Origin: a virus
Taxonomy: Duplodnaviria; Caudoviricetes
Direction: 5' to 3' (one strand)
Virus record (IMG/VR): IMGVR_UViG_3300044551_000092
Location: 64,001-128,000 of that record
DNA: 64,000 nucleotides
The position numbers and the translations under genes are program-made. The notes beneath the pieces were generated by a model. That model was not told the origin of the DNA and searched no databases. It saw only the letters and a program-made list of their open reading frames with translations. Positions 47,501-56,288 of this stretch are shown piece by piece (the stretch's first letter is position 1; each line of letters begins with the position of its first letter).

Positions 47501-48520
47501 AATAATCAACCGGGGGCTTTACAGGCCATTCGAAATTTTACTCAGGCTTTAGAACAGAAACCTATCTCATCAAAACACATGAAAGAAGCCCCCGAACGTT
47601 TAGTTCCAGCCGCAGAACTTATTTCTGCAGTTCGAAGTCAGGACTTTGATCGAGCACGGGCCATCGACGAAGTGTATTACGGTGGTGAATTTGCGGGAAA
47701 ACATTCCATGAATGAAGCCTTTGAAGCAATGAATCAGATTAACAACCGATTTAATCTAACAGATTCAGCTTTTAAAGTAGGGACCAGTCGAGGCATACGC
47801 CCCGAAAAAGGTTTGCGTCAAGCCTATAATGTTTTATCGGGTAATGGATCAGAAGGAAATTTACAAACAAACAGTCAATTGGAACTAACGCGTCATCTTT
47901 TAGAAAATCAACCGCGTGTTCGCATTTCTCCTAAAGAAGCAATGATGCGTGATCAGATGTATGATAATTCAAGTGGCCTAACAGACCGTGTGCGGCCAGA
48001 ATTGCGTAAAGGCCTAGGAGGGGCTGCGGCGGATACAATCGAAGATTTAACAGGTAACACTAAGGGTGTTTCACAACCTTTAGGTAAACAAACAGAAAAT
48101 CTATTCAATAAACTAAAAACAAGTCCGAAATTTAGAAAAGGCGCTTTTCTAAGTGCTCTTGCTCTTGGTGGGCTGGCAGGTTACAATATTCTTAGACATA
48201 ATCAACCGATTGATATGGAAGAAGCGGAGCAGGGAGATGGCCATTTTATGCCTGCTCCAGCCCCGGAAAGCCCCATTACTTCTAATTTTCAAGAACCTGA
48301 AACACAAAATGCAGATATTACTGTGTTCGCAACTGGACATAAAAATCAGCCACAAATGTTAAGCCAAATGGCGGCACAAGGGATCCAAGAATCATACATG
48401 AATCCTTCTCATACGAACTTTAACGTCCATGTTCAGGATAACTCTTCAAAATTAAGTCGTTTCTGGTATCGAGATCAGGTACAGAAAAATATAGATAATA
48501 AAGTTCAAGACAATGATTAA
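41570..48520 (+). CDS. putative single-chain two-barrel (beta+beta') virion RNA polymerase fused to a DEDDh exonuclease (2316 aa)
   Basis: FDIES, HNGANFD, HSAMDD; then FQPFGHFGNQGRPNA, EGEK..IVGLINP, GFRAGHREMW, FTGRTKVI, RYPTFH, GADSDGD. Confidence 0.78.
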   Translation: MAEDNQFEMNQLSQEMGIPLVRPSEGQYQWAASFQPLYKTKATNNQAYQQKVQRMARLISNENVQNSFNGMPISLNGHYIYKNLSTPYNYNAQQNIRDFLKFNQADNFMAFDIESMGDPVNFGKFGLTEIAANEFTRTNGDIKLTPNRFFRLINPGKEVLYDSERLIRQLETDPYAFRRMSNYQKRKLVDLMRYSTLPEKGQAPATFTTENDVVTNFRHNSIASTFFDNETLNENKVIAEMNRVIPHMRSGLNMLSSNQAMNSKKALSQYSQFVRKNQNVFFLSHNGANFDLPALQAAAQKVGVRMAQPAKHLDLLQTISTLYPNITDLHRELNPKFNGRLPMGGRKLQSLIQTLGLQDTGLAHSAMDDEQDMARVMAKIGPVLKNKIETSKTKIKEGFNYHPTGFSWNDEPLRVGDQLFASGGVKAYLDGESSFMMEGDRQGHYKLKNDGFNTTFVNAKTFYQVKGLHDLSDEKTRRLALELYDKENDRKVFISREGDHAFDEIGAFVQSRFYNWRGITPNQRREIGQAHLRDQARRRYESMFSLEGGGTGLTKGFESAERLYGNAAVYAKRLAGKEKNIERRARERAKKNGTTIAEERKKLLTQRITHEEMLRRMDFNSLPVKDPTTGKLATDGAGNLIKTFNRSEQQQFFKMAPRLVSELPVYGPAINKINQVFQPQIDQAAGAKDYKTILRLKKQRDVAWNLYHQNVKQQLKSQGLDHLVPTDQVELPEYENRRIHFTDYDKGMNTQRLLNLESDQSARQSIYRFLNQTKNTEESAIQHARRQKERLYKMVRFLESDKTIKDAGAYRSIIQNTDSVSDAVDQFVSRLRNNDALQETTRQQVSLARNAAASLVNRDALRMRLNSSIQKSNQVYDNLFIPQQPAGTRIAFNRETEDLFKRLDERHPVTGLEPHNRQAVESLLGDIMERYPNMQTALSIDQSIGNARISVFRPEDSRSVTEHLAAGTSHPRALEFELPLINSQGTHVVGGRILNARSYLDKTSSGQFRLSSSSEMIANAYRHNLPSIMKRLQDNQFEEANYRSRQTLNDSINALSGIQRTVDINENDNDVFQHSQKDITNQAQVDVQRGMIRDWIDTGKLNPREDLESSAFINGKLKHNLTLNDVKYNRQQELLREMGRWANENRERIGVPLYISGVKDVHATRGIMSRLDARDFQPFGHFGNQGRPNAIQFTNAFPINEDVQKKLDMQKFYYAYESNVTTPTEDAINELWRSFPENAGNYNSVNLKFGFIDNQTLYKRMEALRESHAADLREMGILQDDGSWNPATFPRVYEQQAAMANELLDSMSYTGHQILSHNEGFELAEGLSEGQIVKPGTIVGTEIQEGVRVPVRWERPYEGRLSMQNGQTAVTYTRHPYKYILEGEKVTPSPVPQKLLQMITGDKDIVGLINPNIQKHQDFNLLLSGQSRILANHLSDLENQIDQSQTQQQAKKLLQQKRNILQAIRENNIPLQWDGQARHFTDISASMRSVNGGKLEINSDALDKVFEAGGISHATKEGIQSGILKTIMSHVEDYSKAVDYTGRRIIGHDENGPIYGSERAGFRAGHREMWSFKQQGLNQTYDLVAQNMIDEAKGMDSYALHARPKRRLISRYDEARNLLNTLSNTVHSTDSSISKTDALSIDKFENLPVEEKTRFGYAGTIFDRQRIQEFGFWLKLPTTKLSNGQEIKPTINLNGPEAPPTPVDRIFMPFTNLEGASGQIHLRNLQQQMAAVYRRAQDVEKQTSISARQKAGEGLQRSINNYFDNIIYQASASKGLIGDTLTTRLSNTFTGRTKVIDPRISRQMNGDYAMISEQRAKDLGIYDRLKAGQAVYGMHTRYPTFHTHASQIAKIKMDPHINDQNIHLNSLLADLTGADSDGDVGHLWVARDAKGHIYDHIQHEWANRYKQDQEYREQLWQQHLADFEKENPHALDQLAGDKIVASSPNNDAEVMARIGKRYIGEASNLGLAMRAASEQYLNNQPGALQAIRNFTQALEQKPISSKHMKEAPERLVPAAELISAVRSQDFDRARAIDEVYYGGEFAGKHSMNEAFEAMNQINNRFNLTDSAFKVGTSRGIRPEKGLRQAYNVLSGNGSEGNLQTNSQLELTRHLLENQPRVRISPKEAMMRDQMYDNSSGLTDRVRPELRKGLGGAAADTIEDLTGNTKGVSQPLGKQTENLFNKLKTSPKFRKGAFLSALALGGLAGYNILRHNQPIDMEEAEQGDGHFMPAPAPESPITSNFQEPETQNADITVFATGHKNQPQMLSQMAAQGIQESYMNPSHTNFNVHVQDNSSKLSRFWYRDQVQKNIDNKVQDND

Positions 48521-48535
48521 AGGGTGTGCTTATTC

Positions 48536-51500
48536 ATGGCAGTTTCAGTGCCGACTCTGGATGATCGTGACTTCCTATATGGAGAACTGCCAGAGCATCA
48601 TCTCAGAATCGGAGATAGTCAATTTCTAATTCCTCCGACTTCAATCCAAGTTAATCAGACTATGAAGACTGAGAAGATTACGATGTTGCGTTCAAGGGGG
48701 AGCCTGCCGGTTCAATCCGGATATAGTGAGCAATTCATCACTATATCATTGTTTTTCCCTAACGAAGATGCAATTAACTATGAAATGCGTCCTCTCCTTG
48801 CGCAGATGAAAAAATGTCCTTTTCTACCAATAGAGAATACTTATTTAAACAATGTCTATAAGATTAATGCTATTGTAATTAATGATGTCACCGCACAAAC
48901 AAATCCTGGTTTTCCTGGAACGATGACCTTGCTTGTACAGATGTTTGCATTTGACCCGGCAACGTATATCTATGGAAGCAGTGATAAAGACTTTAATGAT
49001 ATGTTCAACTGGCCTTTGTTTCGCTGGTATTATGAACAAAACCTGATACCGCAAACTGACCAACGACATGCCACTTACTATGAGCCATTGACAGAACCAT
49101 TAAATGACAGTTTTTTCTTCAAAATAGCTTCTGAAGATGACCTGATTGCGATGCGGCAATGGCGATTAAAAAAAACAAAATTGATTCAAGACTGGGCTCA
49201 GCAAAATAAAAGCTGGAGTTTTAGTGATTTCTTTGGATTTCTAAAAGGAAAAGTTGGCCAGATTTTTGGGCATTCCTATAAATCAGAAGAAGAACAGTTC
49301 GATGATGATTTAGATAATCTTTATCACAATGCAATGTTTGATTACGATATAAGTTATGAGCCGTGGCCAACCGGTGATCTTATTTTAACGGATCTGGCAG
49401 TGTCTTTTGAAAATCATCTTTCAACAATGCAGCTTGAAATGGATGAAAATCCGACCTATCAATATTTGGGATCCGGAGACGTAACAATTATTGCAAGCTT
49501 TGAAGCCAGCGACGAAGAATCCTTAGCCAGTCTGCAGAATCTAATTGATCGCGGGAACTATTATCTACGGACCTATCGAGAAGAAATGTTGACCGGAGCG
49601 ATTGAATTTGACTGCCAGCTTGCTCGGTTATTCGGAATCAAAAATGTTGTTATCAGCAATATGGTTGTTGATACAGTGGAAAATCAACCCGGGGTTTATT
49701 CGGTCAAACTGACCATGTACGGCTATAACCGAATTGCTAAAAAAATGAATGAAGTCCGTGCAATGACTCTCGGCCTAGAATGGAGTAATGGCGGTACAAA
49801 TGCATTAAAGTATATCATTCCATTTGTGGGTCCGGTATTATTCGGCGCTGATCGCCCCTTCTTTAAAGTTTTCACCAACTATATGAAGGATGTTGGCGAT
49901 GATATAAAAGTGACAAAAGATGGCGTACAACTAGCCATCTACCAATCTGCTGTATTAGAAACTTTTAAAATGGCCGAAGTGTATCCGGATCTGGAGTTGC
50001 CAACCTATGATGAAGTTGAAGCAGCCGGTTTTTCAATTAAAAACTTGAATGACGGCATCTTTGTAGATCCGGATTTCTTTTTAGTCTATGATGACATCGA
50101 AGATTATGCCAGACAGGTAGACACCGTATTCAAGACGGGTGGAGATAAGTTTGGCCTTCGTTTGGAAGATATGACAGGAAACAATGCTTCTGTAGATGGG
50201 ACAAAAATAAAGCCGGCTAAAGACGATAAAAAGAAGAAAAGTACAGGGCTCAAATCATCGCCGCCCAAAGAAACAAAGTTGGATACCAAAAATAATTCAA
50301 CTGATCAGAATGAAAAACTTTTACGCCAGGCTGCCAAAAAATATGGCATTTCGGATAAATTTATTGTCGGCTTTGCAACTTCTTTCGATCCGAAGCTCAG
50401 GCAGTATTACGACAAGGGTGCCAATCCTGACTTTAATTATTTATACTCTTCTCAAGAGACCTCAACGATCACTCAAAAGCAGGATTTAAAATATACAATT
50501 GGTCAAGAGGGCGCTGATTATTATTATGGTGTAATGCGAGTACGTCCGACACTGGGCTATTCCGTCCTGCTTGAAAAACGCACGGATTATAATATCGATC
50601 AAGGCACGCGGGCGATGGCGGTCTCTATCGCACATTTAAGAGCCGGATATGATGATAAAAATGATTATCACTATGAGCATTTAGCGAATGCTTTTGATTT
50701 AGACTTATCCTCAAAAGAGGATGCTAGTTTGTGTGAATTCATGGGCGGTGTAATGATTTATTTAGGTTATGAACGAGAACTAGCAGAACTATTAAAGAAT
50801 AATCGTCAACTTAGTAGTCAGCTTTCGGGTATGTTAAAAGATATGGTTTCAACGATCAAGAAAACGGATGGCGGGACCTCTAAAACGGATCTAATTAAAT
50901 TACCTGTTAAAGATTATAAAAATATCTCCGATTATAAAGCTCCATCTACACTAGTAGCAGGAACTCAAATAAACGAAGATGATTTTGGAGATTTAGAATC
51001 CTCTACAATTAAGGCCAGCATGTGTCATGATACGATATTATATGATCATCGTGGGCGACTGGTTCGTGCATTCCCTTCCTTTTTTATCGCCTTTATTGAC
51101 GAGGGGCGGTATGTTGGAACGTCCAGGATGTCAGACCAGTTCTTTCAATATCGCGGGGTTACTTCGATTGAATATGATTATACGAGAAAAAGTGCTGCGA
51201 ATACCTTATTTTTAACGATGAGCAATGTCTACGGATCACTGTCAGATTCAGAAAAAGCGCAGGATTTAACTTATTCGAGTACGTGGGATGTTTTTCAATC
51301 ATTGATAAACCCGGCGTCTGCCGCCGACCAGCTTGAGCGAAGCCGGCACCGTGATCCAAATTACTATAAAACAATTATGTTGACGACCGGCACACGGGTT
51401 CATTTCAGGATGGGTTATGGTTCAAATATTCAAATGATGCCAACGATCATCAACGGGACGATTACATCAATTGAAAACAAAATGGAAACTCTTCACGTAG

Positions 51501-54500
51501 CGGTTCAAGGCGATGGCATTGAACTGACAAATAAGCTGAATGCCGTGTATGGCCCAGATGATAGCACGGAAACCTTTCTTCATTCTAAAAAAGAGCCCAC
51601 GGAAATTTTAGACGAGTTGTTGACTGATTCTCAGGGCTTCTGGCACGACTTGATCGCTGGTCTTTCCAACTCAGAATTTAATAATCATTCGTTGGGTATT
51701 ATGCACTTCGGTGCGCCGGGGCCGCCGGAAGGGTGGAATGATGTTGGTTTTCAGCCTTTTCTAGAAAGCATTAACCCTAAAAATTGGTTTGGTGCTTCTC
51801 GTAAAATTGGCGAAGTTAATATGAATGTCTATAATACCAATGGTCTAACTCATAAAGAGGAAGACACCTGGTGGAATAATATTCGCAACACGTTGGGTTT
51901 TGGAGACAGCGATGAGGATAATATCAATATCAATTTGTTTGATAAAACCTTTTGGGATATTGTGAATATCTGTGCGGCCATTGGTGATGATTTTATTGCA
52001 GCGGTTCATCCGTTTGATTTTCGCAGTACCATCTTTATGGGGAAGCCTTATTTCCCGCTTCACTACGGCTATCAGGTAGCGCTTGGACAAGTCGTTGGAA
52101 CAAAAGTGAAAGTCTTTCGTCAGCTGCATTCCTATGATAGTTATACAAATATCATTAATAATGCGGTCTTGGCGTCGGAAGAAAATATGTACAACGTGGC
52201 TGTGGGTACATATATGGATGAGGGAAAGACTCGGACAACTCAGCCCGTCTATGTTGACACAAATATTTGGCCGGAAAAGCAGCGGACCGTAAATATTGAT
52301 ACAACATTAAATGCCAAAGGGATGAAATTTGTAGATAAAATTCCCCTGATTGGCGGCCTACTCAATAAACCAGCTAAATGGTACTTCGATGAAGGAGTCG
52401 CTTTAAAGATTACGGCAGCTGGCTTGCGGGATTATGTCAAAGATATGTACCAAGGGTATTTAACAGTAATGGGCGATCCTTCTGTTAAGCCTTATGATCA
52501 ATGCTTCATGCAAGATGAATTTAATCTGATGTCCGGTACGTTTGATGTCAAAGAGATTATTCACTATTTTGATAAAGAGAATGGCTTTATCAGCATGATA
52601 AAACCAGACATCATCGCTTTCAATAACGATCGAAGAATCTACTCACTCGGGACAGAAGCCATGCATGTCCTATGTGCAGCCTCGACGACTTGGGTCTTGC
52701 GAAAGATTTTACGATCCAAGGGTTACAACACAACACTTCCAGTTATGAATGCCATCTGGTCCAGTACTCGGAAATCTTTAGTCTATGCAAAGCAAAAATT
52801 TGATACTAAAAAATTAAAATCAAAAATTCAAGAATTCTATGGCAATCACATCAAGGGAGCAACTGAACAAGCTGTTACGGATGACATGGAGAAAGCAGCG
52901 GCTGCTGAAAATGTGTCACGGAGCAAGCAGCAAATTTCTGCATCGACCATAAAAAAATGGGTAAAGAACGGTTCATTAAAAAGCGCCGCGAAAAATTTGA
53001 AAGATGTCAGTGCTGAAGAACTTCAAGCTATCCTCAAAGGAGGAAAGTCTGCACTATCCAATCTGAAGTTTACAAAAAATCTTGGCATAGAACGCAGCAA
53101 ACTTCTTCAGCTTAGTAAACGATCGGCCAGCGGCTTATTAAAGGGGGCAAAGTTTGCCGCTGGCGGGGCGGCAAGAGGCGGTAAGTACCTTGTTGGGGCA
53201 AGTTCATTACTTGCGGGACCGCCCGGTTGGGTTGGATTTGCTCTTGAATCAGCCCTAACTTTTGTTGGGACAGCAACAATTGGCGAATTTTTGCATCGTT
53301 TCTTAGCAAATCGACATTCTGTCGTTGTCGTCCCATTAATGAAGGATGGGGTGGCTTTCTGTGCCGGACTGAATGGCCATAAAGGAGCTATCCTCGGTGA
53401 CTCTCCCGATATGATTAGTTGGCTGTCCAATACTTTTATTGGTGATCTTTTCTTAGGATTCACTGGAGTTGATACGAGTGACTTAAACGCATCATCTCAG
53501 TCAGTTTCTATTCAAATGCAAGTCCCAGCCTCAACATATAACGATAAAACAGCAAAAAAGAAAAGTCAGCCGACACAACAAGAAGACGCCGAGACCTGGT
53601 TGAATCAAATTTACCGACGACCGATCATGTATGACCCTGAGATTCAAAAACTTTATGATGCCGACTATGCCGCAAAAGAAAAAGAATGGAAGGATCATCT
53701 AGATGAACTAGGTAAAGGACTGGAAAGTGCATTATATGCCGACTATAGTAAACTGTTCAACCAGGGGCAAGAGTTCATCAATGAACTTCAGAAAATGTTT
53801 AGTAATTTCTTGAATTCAGTCTTCGGCGATAATGATGATTCGGGCGGCGGATCAGTTGATGGGAAAGCTGTCCATATTTCCGCACAGGTTAAAAAATATC
53901 AATCAAAAATTGAAAAATATGCAAAGAAATACAAAGTAGACGGCTATGTGCAACTGCTAATGGCGATTATGATGCAGGAATCCGGCGGACGTGGCAATGA
54001 TCCAATGCAGTCCGGCCAATCCAGTCCAGACGCTTCGATCAAACGGGGCTGTGCCGTTTTTAAAGAATCTTTAGATCATGGTCATAAATATGGTATGAAA
54101 ACAGTTATACAAGGCTATAACATGGGGCCGGGCTTCTGTGATTATGTAGGTAAGCACGGTAAAAAATTCAAAAGCTCCTTAGCTTATTCTTTTTCAGCCT
54201 ATATGAAAAGCAAACATGGTTATCGGGTATTCGGTGATCCCGATTATGTTGCGCATGTCCTGCGTTATTATGAAGGGAGTCTTGAGCCTTCATCCGGCGG
54301 TTCGGGCGATGCGCCAAGTACTGTTGGATCAGCAGGAAAGAAAAAATATCATTTAAGTCAATCCAAAGCAAAGAAGACACTCATTAATTTGCACAGCCAA
54401 AAGGGAAAACACTTTGGCCTAACTCTTGTAGATAGTGGTAGTGGCTTAATTCGGAAAGGTTCTTATGAAGTCCTTAATAATATAGCAGAAAAATATAAGA

Positions 54501-54832
54501 AAGAAACCGGTCAAACATTGAACGTGACCAGTGCTTACCGTCCGGGTGATTCCAACTGGCATGGGACTGGTTATGCGGTGGATGTTGATACGCCAAACAC
54601 AATGGTGCGTCAACGAAACGGTAAACTTGGTTTCAAAATGAACAGTAAAGATCGAAAGAATGCCGAGAAATTAGTGAATATCGCTGCTCAATGTGGTATG
54701 GACGGATTTGTCTTTGGGGATTACTCCCTTCTTCAGGAAGTCAAAAGTAAACACAAGGGTCTTGTCACTCAGTACCGGCCGCAGGACCACTACAATCACT
54801 TTCATATGTCCTATCCAAAGAAGAAAAAATAA
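48536..54832 (+). CDS. giant baseplate hub/tail lysin with lysozyme-like and M15 peptidase domains
   Basis: RVHFRMGYGS hub-like region; MMQESGG..DPMQS..YNMGPG..GDPDYV (CwlT-like lysozyme); SAYR..WHGTGYAVD..HYNHFH (LAS/M15). Confidence 0.75.
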   Translation: MAVSVPTLDDRDFLYGELPEHHLRIGDSQFLIPPTSIQVNQTMKTEKITMLRSRGSLPVQSGYSEQFITISLFFPNEDAINYEMRPLLAQMKKCPFLPIENTYLNNVYKINAIVINDVTAQTNPGFPGTMTLLVQMFAFDPATYIYGSSDKDFNDMFNWPLFRWYYEQNLIPQTDQRHATYYEPLTEPLNDSFFFKIASEDDLIAMRQWRLKKTKLIQDWAQQNKSWSFSDFFGFLKGKVGQIFGHSYKSEEEQFDDDLDNLYHNAMFDYDISYEPWPTGDLILTDLAVSFENHLSTMQLEMDENPTYQYLGSGDVTIIASFEASDEESLASLQNLIDRGNYYLRTYREEMLTGAIEFDCQLARLFGIKNVVISNMVVDTVENQPGVYSVKLTMYGYNRIAKKMNEVRAMTLGLEWSNGGTNALKYIIPFVGPVLFGADRPFFKVFTNYMKDVGDDIKVTKDGVQLAIYQSAVLETFKMAEVYPDLELPTYDEVEAAGFSIKNLNDGIFVDPDFFLVYDDIEDYARQVDTVFKTGGDKFGLRLEDMTGNNASVDGTKIKPAKDDKKKKSTGLKSSPPKETKLDTKNNSTDQNEKLLRQAAKKYGISDKFIVGFATSFDPKLRQYYDKGANPDFNYLYSSQETSTITQKQDLKYTIGQEGADYYYGVMRVRPTLGYSVLLEKRTDYNIDQGTRAMAVSIAHLRAGYDDKNDYHYEHLANAFDLDLSSKEDASLCEFMGGVMIYLGYERELAELLKNNRQLSSQLSGMLKDMVSTIKKTDGGTSKTDLIKLPVKDYKNISDYKAPSTLVAGTQINEDDFGDLESSTIKASMCHDTILYDHRGRLVRAFPSFFIAFIDEGRYVGTSRMSDQFFQYRGVTSIEYDYTRKSAANTLFLTMSNVYGSLSDSEKAQDLTYSSTWDVFQSLINPASAADQLERSRHRDPNYYKTIMLTTGTRVHFRMGYGSNIQMMPTIINGTITSIENKMETLHVAVQGDGIELTNKLNAVYGPDDSTETFLHSKKEPTEILDELLTDSQGFWHDLIAGLSNSEFNNHSLGIMHFGAPGPPEGWNDVGFQPFLESINPKNWFGASRKIGEVNMNVYNTNGLTHKEEDTWWNNIRNTLGFGDSDEDNININLFDKTFWDIVNICAAIGDDFIAAVHPFDFRSTIFMGKPYFPLHYGYQVALGQVVGTKVKVFRQLHSYDSYTNIINNAVLASEENMYNVAVGTYMDEGKTRTTQPVYVDTNIWPEKQRTVNIDTTLNAKGMKFVDKIPLIGGLLNKPAKWYFDEGVALKITAAGLRDYVKDMYQGYLTVMGDPSVKPYDQCFMQDEFNLMSGTFDVKEIIHYFDKENGFISMIKPDIIAFNNDRRIYSLGTEAMHVLCAASTTWVLRKILRSKGYNTTLPVMNAIWSSTRKSLVYAKQKFDTKKLKSKIQEFYGNHIKGATEQAVTDDMEKAAAAENVSRSKQQISASTIKKWVKNGSLKSAAKNLKDVSAEELQAILKGGKSALSNLKFTKNLGIERSKLLQLSKRSASGLLKGAKFAAGGAARGGKYLVGASSLLAGPPGWVGFALESALTFVGTATIGEFLHRFLANRHSVVVVPLMKDGVAFCAGLNGHKGAILGDSPDMISWLSNTFIGDLFLGFTGVDTSDLNASSQSVSIQMQVPASTYNDKTAKKKSQPTQQEDAETWLNQIYRRPIMYDPEIQKLYDADYAAKEKEWKDHLDELGKGLESALYADYSKLFNQGQEFINELQKMFSNFLNSVFGDNDDSGGGSVDGKAVHISAQVKKYQSKIEKYAKKYKVDGYVQLLMAIMMQESGGRGNDPMQSGQSSPDASIKRGCAVFKESLDHGHKYGMKTVIQGYNMGPGFCDYVGKHGKKFKSSLAYSFSAYMKSKHGYRVFGDPDYVAHVLRYYEGSLEPSSGGSGDAPSTVGSAGKKKYHLSQSKAKKTLINLHSQKGKHFGLTLVDSGSGLIRKGSYEVLNNIAEKYKKETGQTLNVTSAYRPGDSNWHGTGYAVDVDTPNTMVRQRNGKLGFKMNSKDRKNAEKLVNIAAQCGMDGFVFGDYSLLQEVKSKHKGLVTQYRPQDHYNHFHMSYPKKKK

Positions 54833-54845
54833 GAGGTGAAAAGGA

Positions 54846-55265
54846 ATGTCGGTCTCGAGTAAAATTGCAAAAAAAGGTGCTTCTAAGGCGCGAGAACGTT
54901 ATCAGCCCGGTGTAATTGGCCATGTTCAAGCTTATCACCCAATTATAGACGATGTTATTAGGTGGCTGAAAAACGGAAATAAAGAAAAAGCCGCTGCAAC
55001 AGGCAATACGGCAGATGTGAAAGCGATTATCGGTAAGCGAACAGAAACTTATAAAAATGTTCCGGTCTGTGTCTACTCACAGGAAATTGTTCAAGGCGGA
55101 TTAGAAAAGAACACGAGAGTGTGGATAGAATTCATTAATGGAGATCTTCAACATCCCATTATTACTTCGGTATACTATCCGCCAACGGCTTTTGATTATA
55201 TCACCAACGCGTTTACGTTTGGTGTTGCTCGTTCTTTTTCAGGTCTGCACCTATTTGGAGGATAA
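54846..55265 (+). CDS. baseplate spike OB-fold protein (gp5/GpV N-terminal-like)
   Basis: RVWIEFINGDLQHPII motif; position. Confidence 0.6.
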   Translation: MSVSSKIAKKGASKARERYQPGVIGHVQAYHPIIDDVIRWLKNGNKEKAAATGNTADVKAIIGKRTETYKNVPVCVYSQEIVQGGLEKNTRVWIEFINGDLQHPIITSVYYPPTAFDYITNAFTFGVARSFSGLHLFGG

Positions 55266-55267
55266 TT

Positions 55268-55678
55268 ATGACTTGGAAAGACGACTTAAACGAATATAAT
55301 TTATCTGATGACAGTAACCTTGATGATGCCGCGCTCGCGGATCAAGCGCCCGGCAATAAAGATATTGGATTGATCAATCAAGCTAATGGTGCCGGATTTC
55401 TTATTCGTAAAGATCAGACAATGCAGGGGTTCAGTGATTACGGACTGGGTTTCTCTTTTGACCCGCGCACCAAAAGTTTATCTGTATATGCACAGACCAT
55501 TAATCTCTATACACAAAAGATCAATAAAAGCAGTACGCAAAACTTAACTTTTTTTCAAGGGGATTATAAAGACGTAATGGACATGGTTGAGCAAAAAGAG
55601 GCTTTGTCTCAACAAGATCAGGAATCTGACGATGAGAACCTTGAGGATGGAGAGGGCTTCTATGGGGAATTACAGTGA
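55268..55678 (+). CDS. hypothetical baseplate protein (possible spike beta-strand part)
   Basis: RBS ggagg; short repeated beta strands. Confidence 0.5.
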   Translation: MTWKDDLNEYNLSDDSNLDDAALADQAPGNKDIGLINQANGAGFLIRKDQTMQGFSDYGLGFSFDPRTKSLSVYAQTINLYTQKINKSSTQNLTFFQGDYKDVMDMVEQKEALSQQDQESDDENLEDGEGFYGELQ

Positions 55679-56273
55679 GAAAGATCTGTCATTCTATGGT
55701 CGCCGAAAAGTGGACTGTACGGTCGAACAAAAAGGAAATTATAATATCATCCGTTGGAAACCCGCTGATCATTTTTTAATCTATGGTTATGAAATCTATC
55801 GAAGCGCTATTCATACTGAAGAAGGAAATTTGCTTGTTCTCATTGATAATATTTATGGAGAATATGCCGATCCAATTCCGCCAAATGATCAGACACCGTA
55901 TTATTATACGGTCTACTATATTTCTTATGGCGATTTAGGAATCAAAAATGGTGATTTAGCATTGACAGATGGAAAAGCCTGTGCTGAACAGGATGCTTTA
56001 AATCGGATACGAACTCAGACAACAGACTGGCGCAGTCATCCAGAACTCGGGGCTGATCTTGAAGATTTAGAAGGCGAGCCCAATACAAGAGTAAATGGGC
56101 AAAAAGGAGTCGATCAGATTTTTAAGGCATTGACTCAAGATGGCCGTTTTTCACCAGAGGACGTAACGGTACGGGCTATCCCTGTTTCAATTGAAGAAAT
56201 TGATTTTTATACAATTATTGATACTCACGATGGAGATCCGATTGTTATCAAAACCCCATTAACCTTGCAATAA
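55662..56273 (+). CDS. baseplate wedge gp25/GpW-like protein with an N-terminal FN3-like part
   Basis: NGDLAL..RIRT..DWRSHPELGADLEDLEG..ALTQDGR. Confidence 0.7.
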   Translation: MGNYSEKDLSFYGRRKVDCTVEQKGNYNIIRWKPADHFLIYGYEIYRSAIHTEEGNLLVLIDNIYGEYADPIPPNDQTPYYYTVYYISYGDLGIKNGDLALTDGKACAEQDALNRIRTQTTDWRSHPELGADLEDLEGEPNTRVNGQKGVDQIFKALTQDGRFSPEDVTVRAIPVSIEEIDFYTIIDTHDGDPIVIKTPLTLQ

Positions 56274-56288
56274 AAGAGGTGAGGAACT

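Noticed and set aside
41570-48520. DNA polymerase III alpha/PolC call based on the exonuclease domain
   Set aside because: No PHP or Pol C/A/B polymerase motifs; the downstream motifs match two-barrel RNA polymerases
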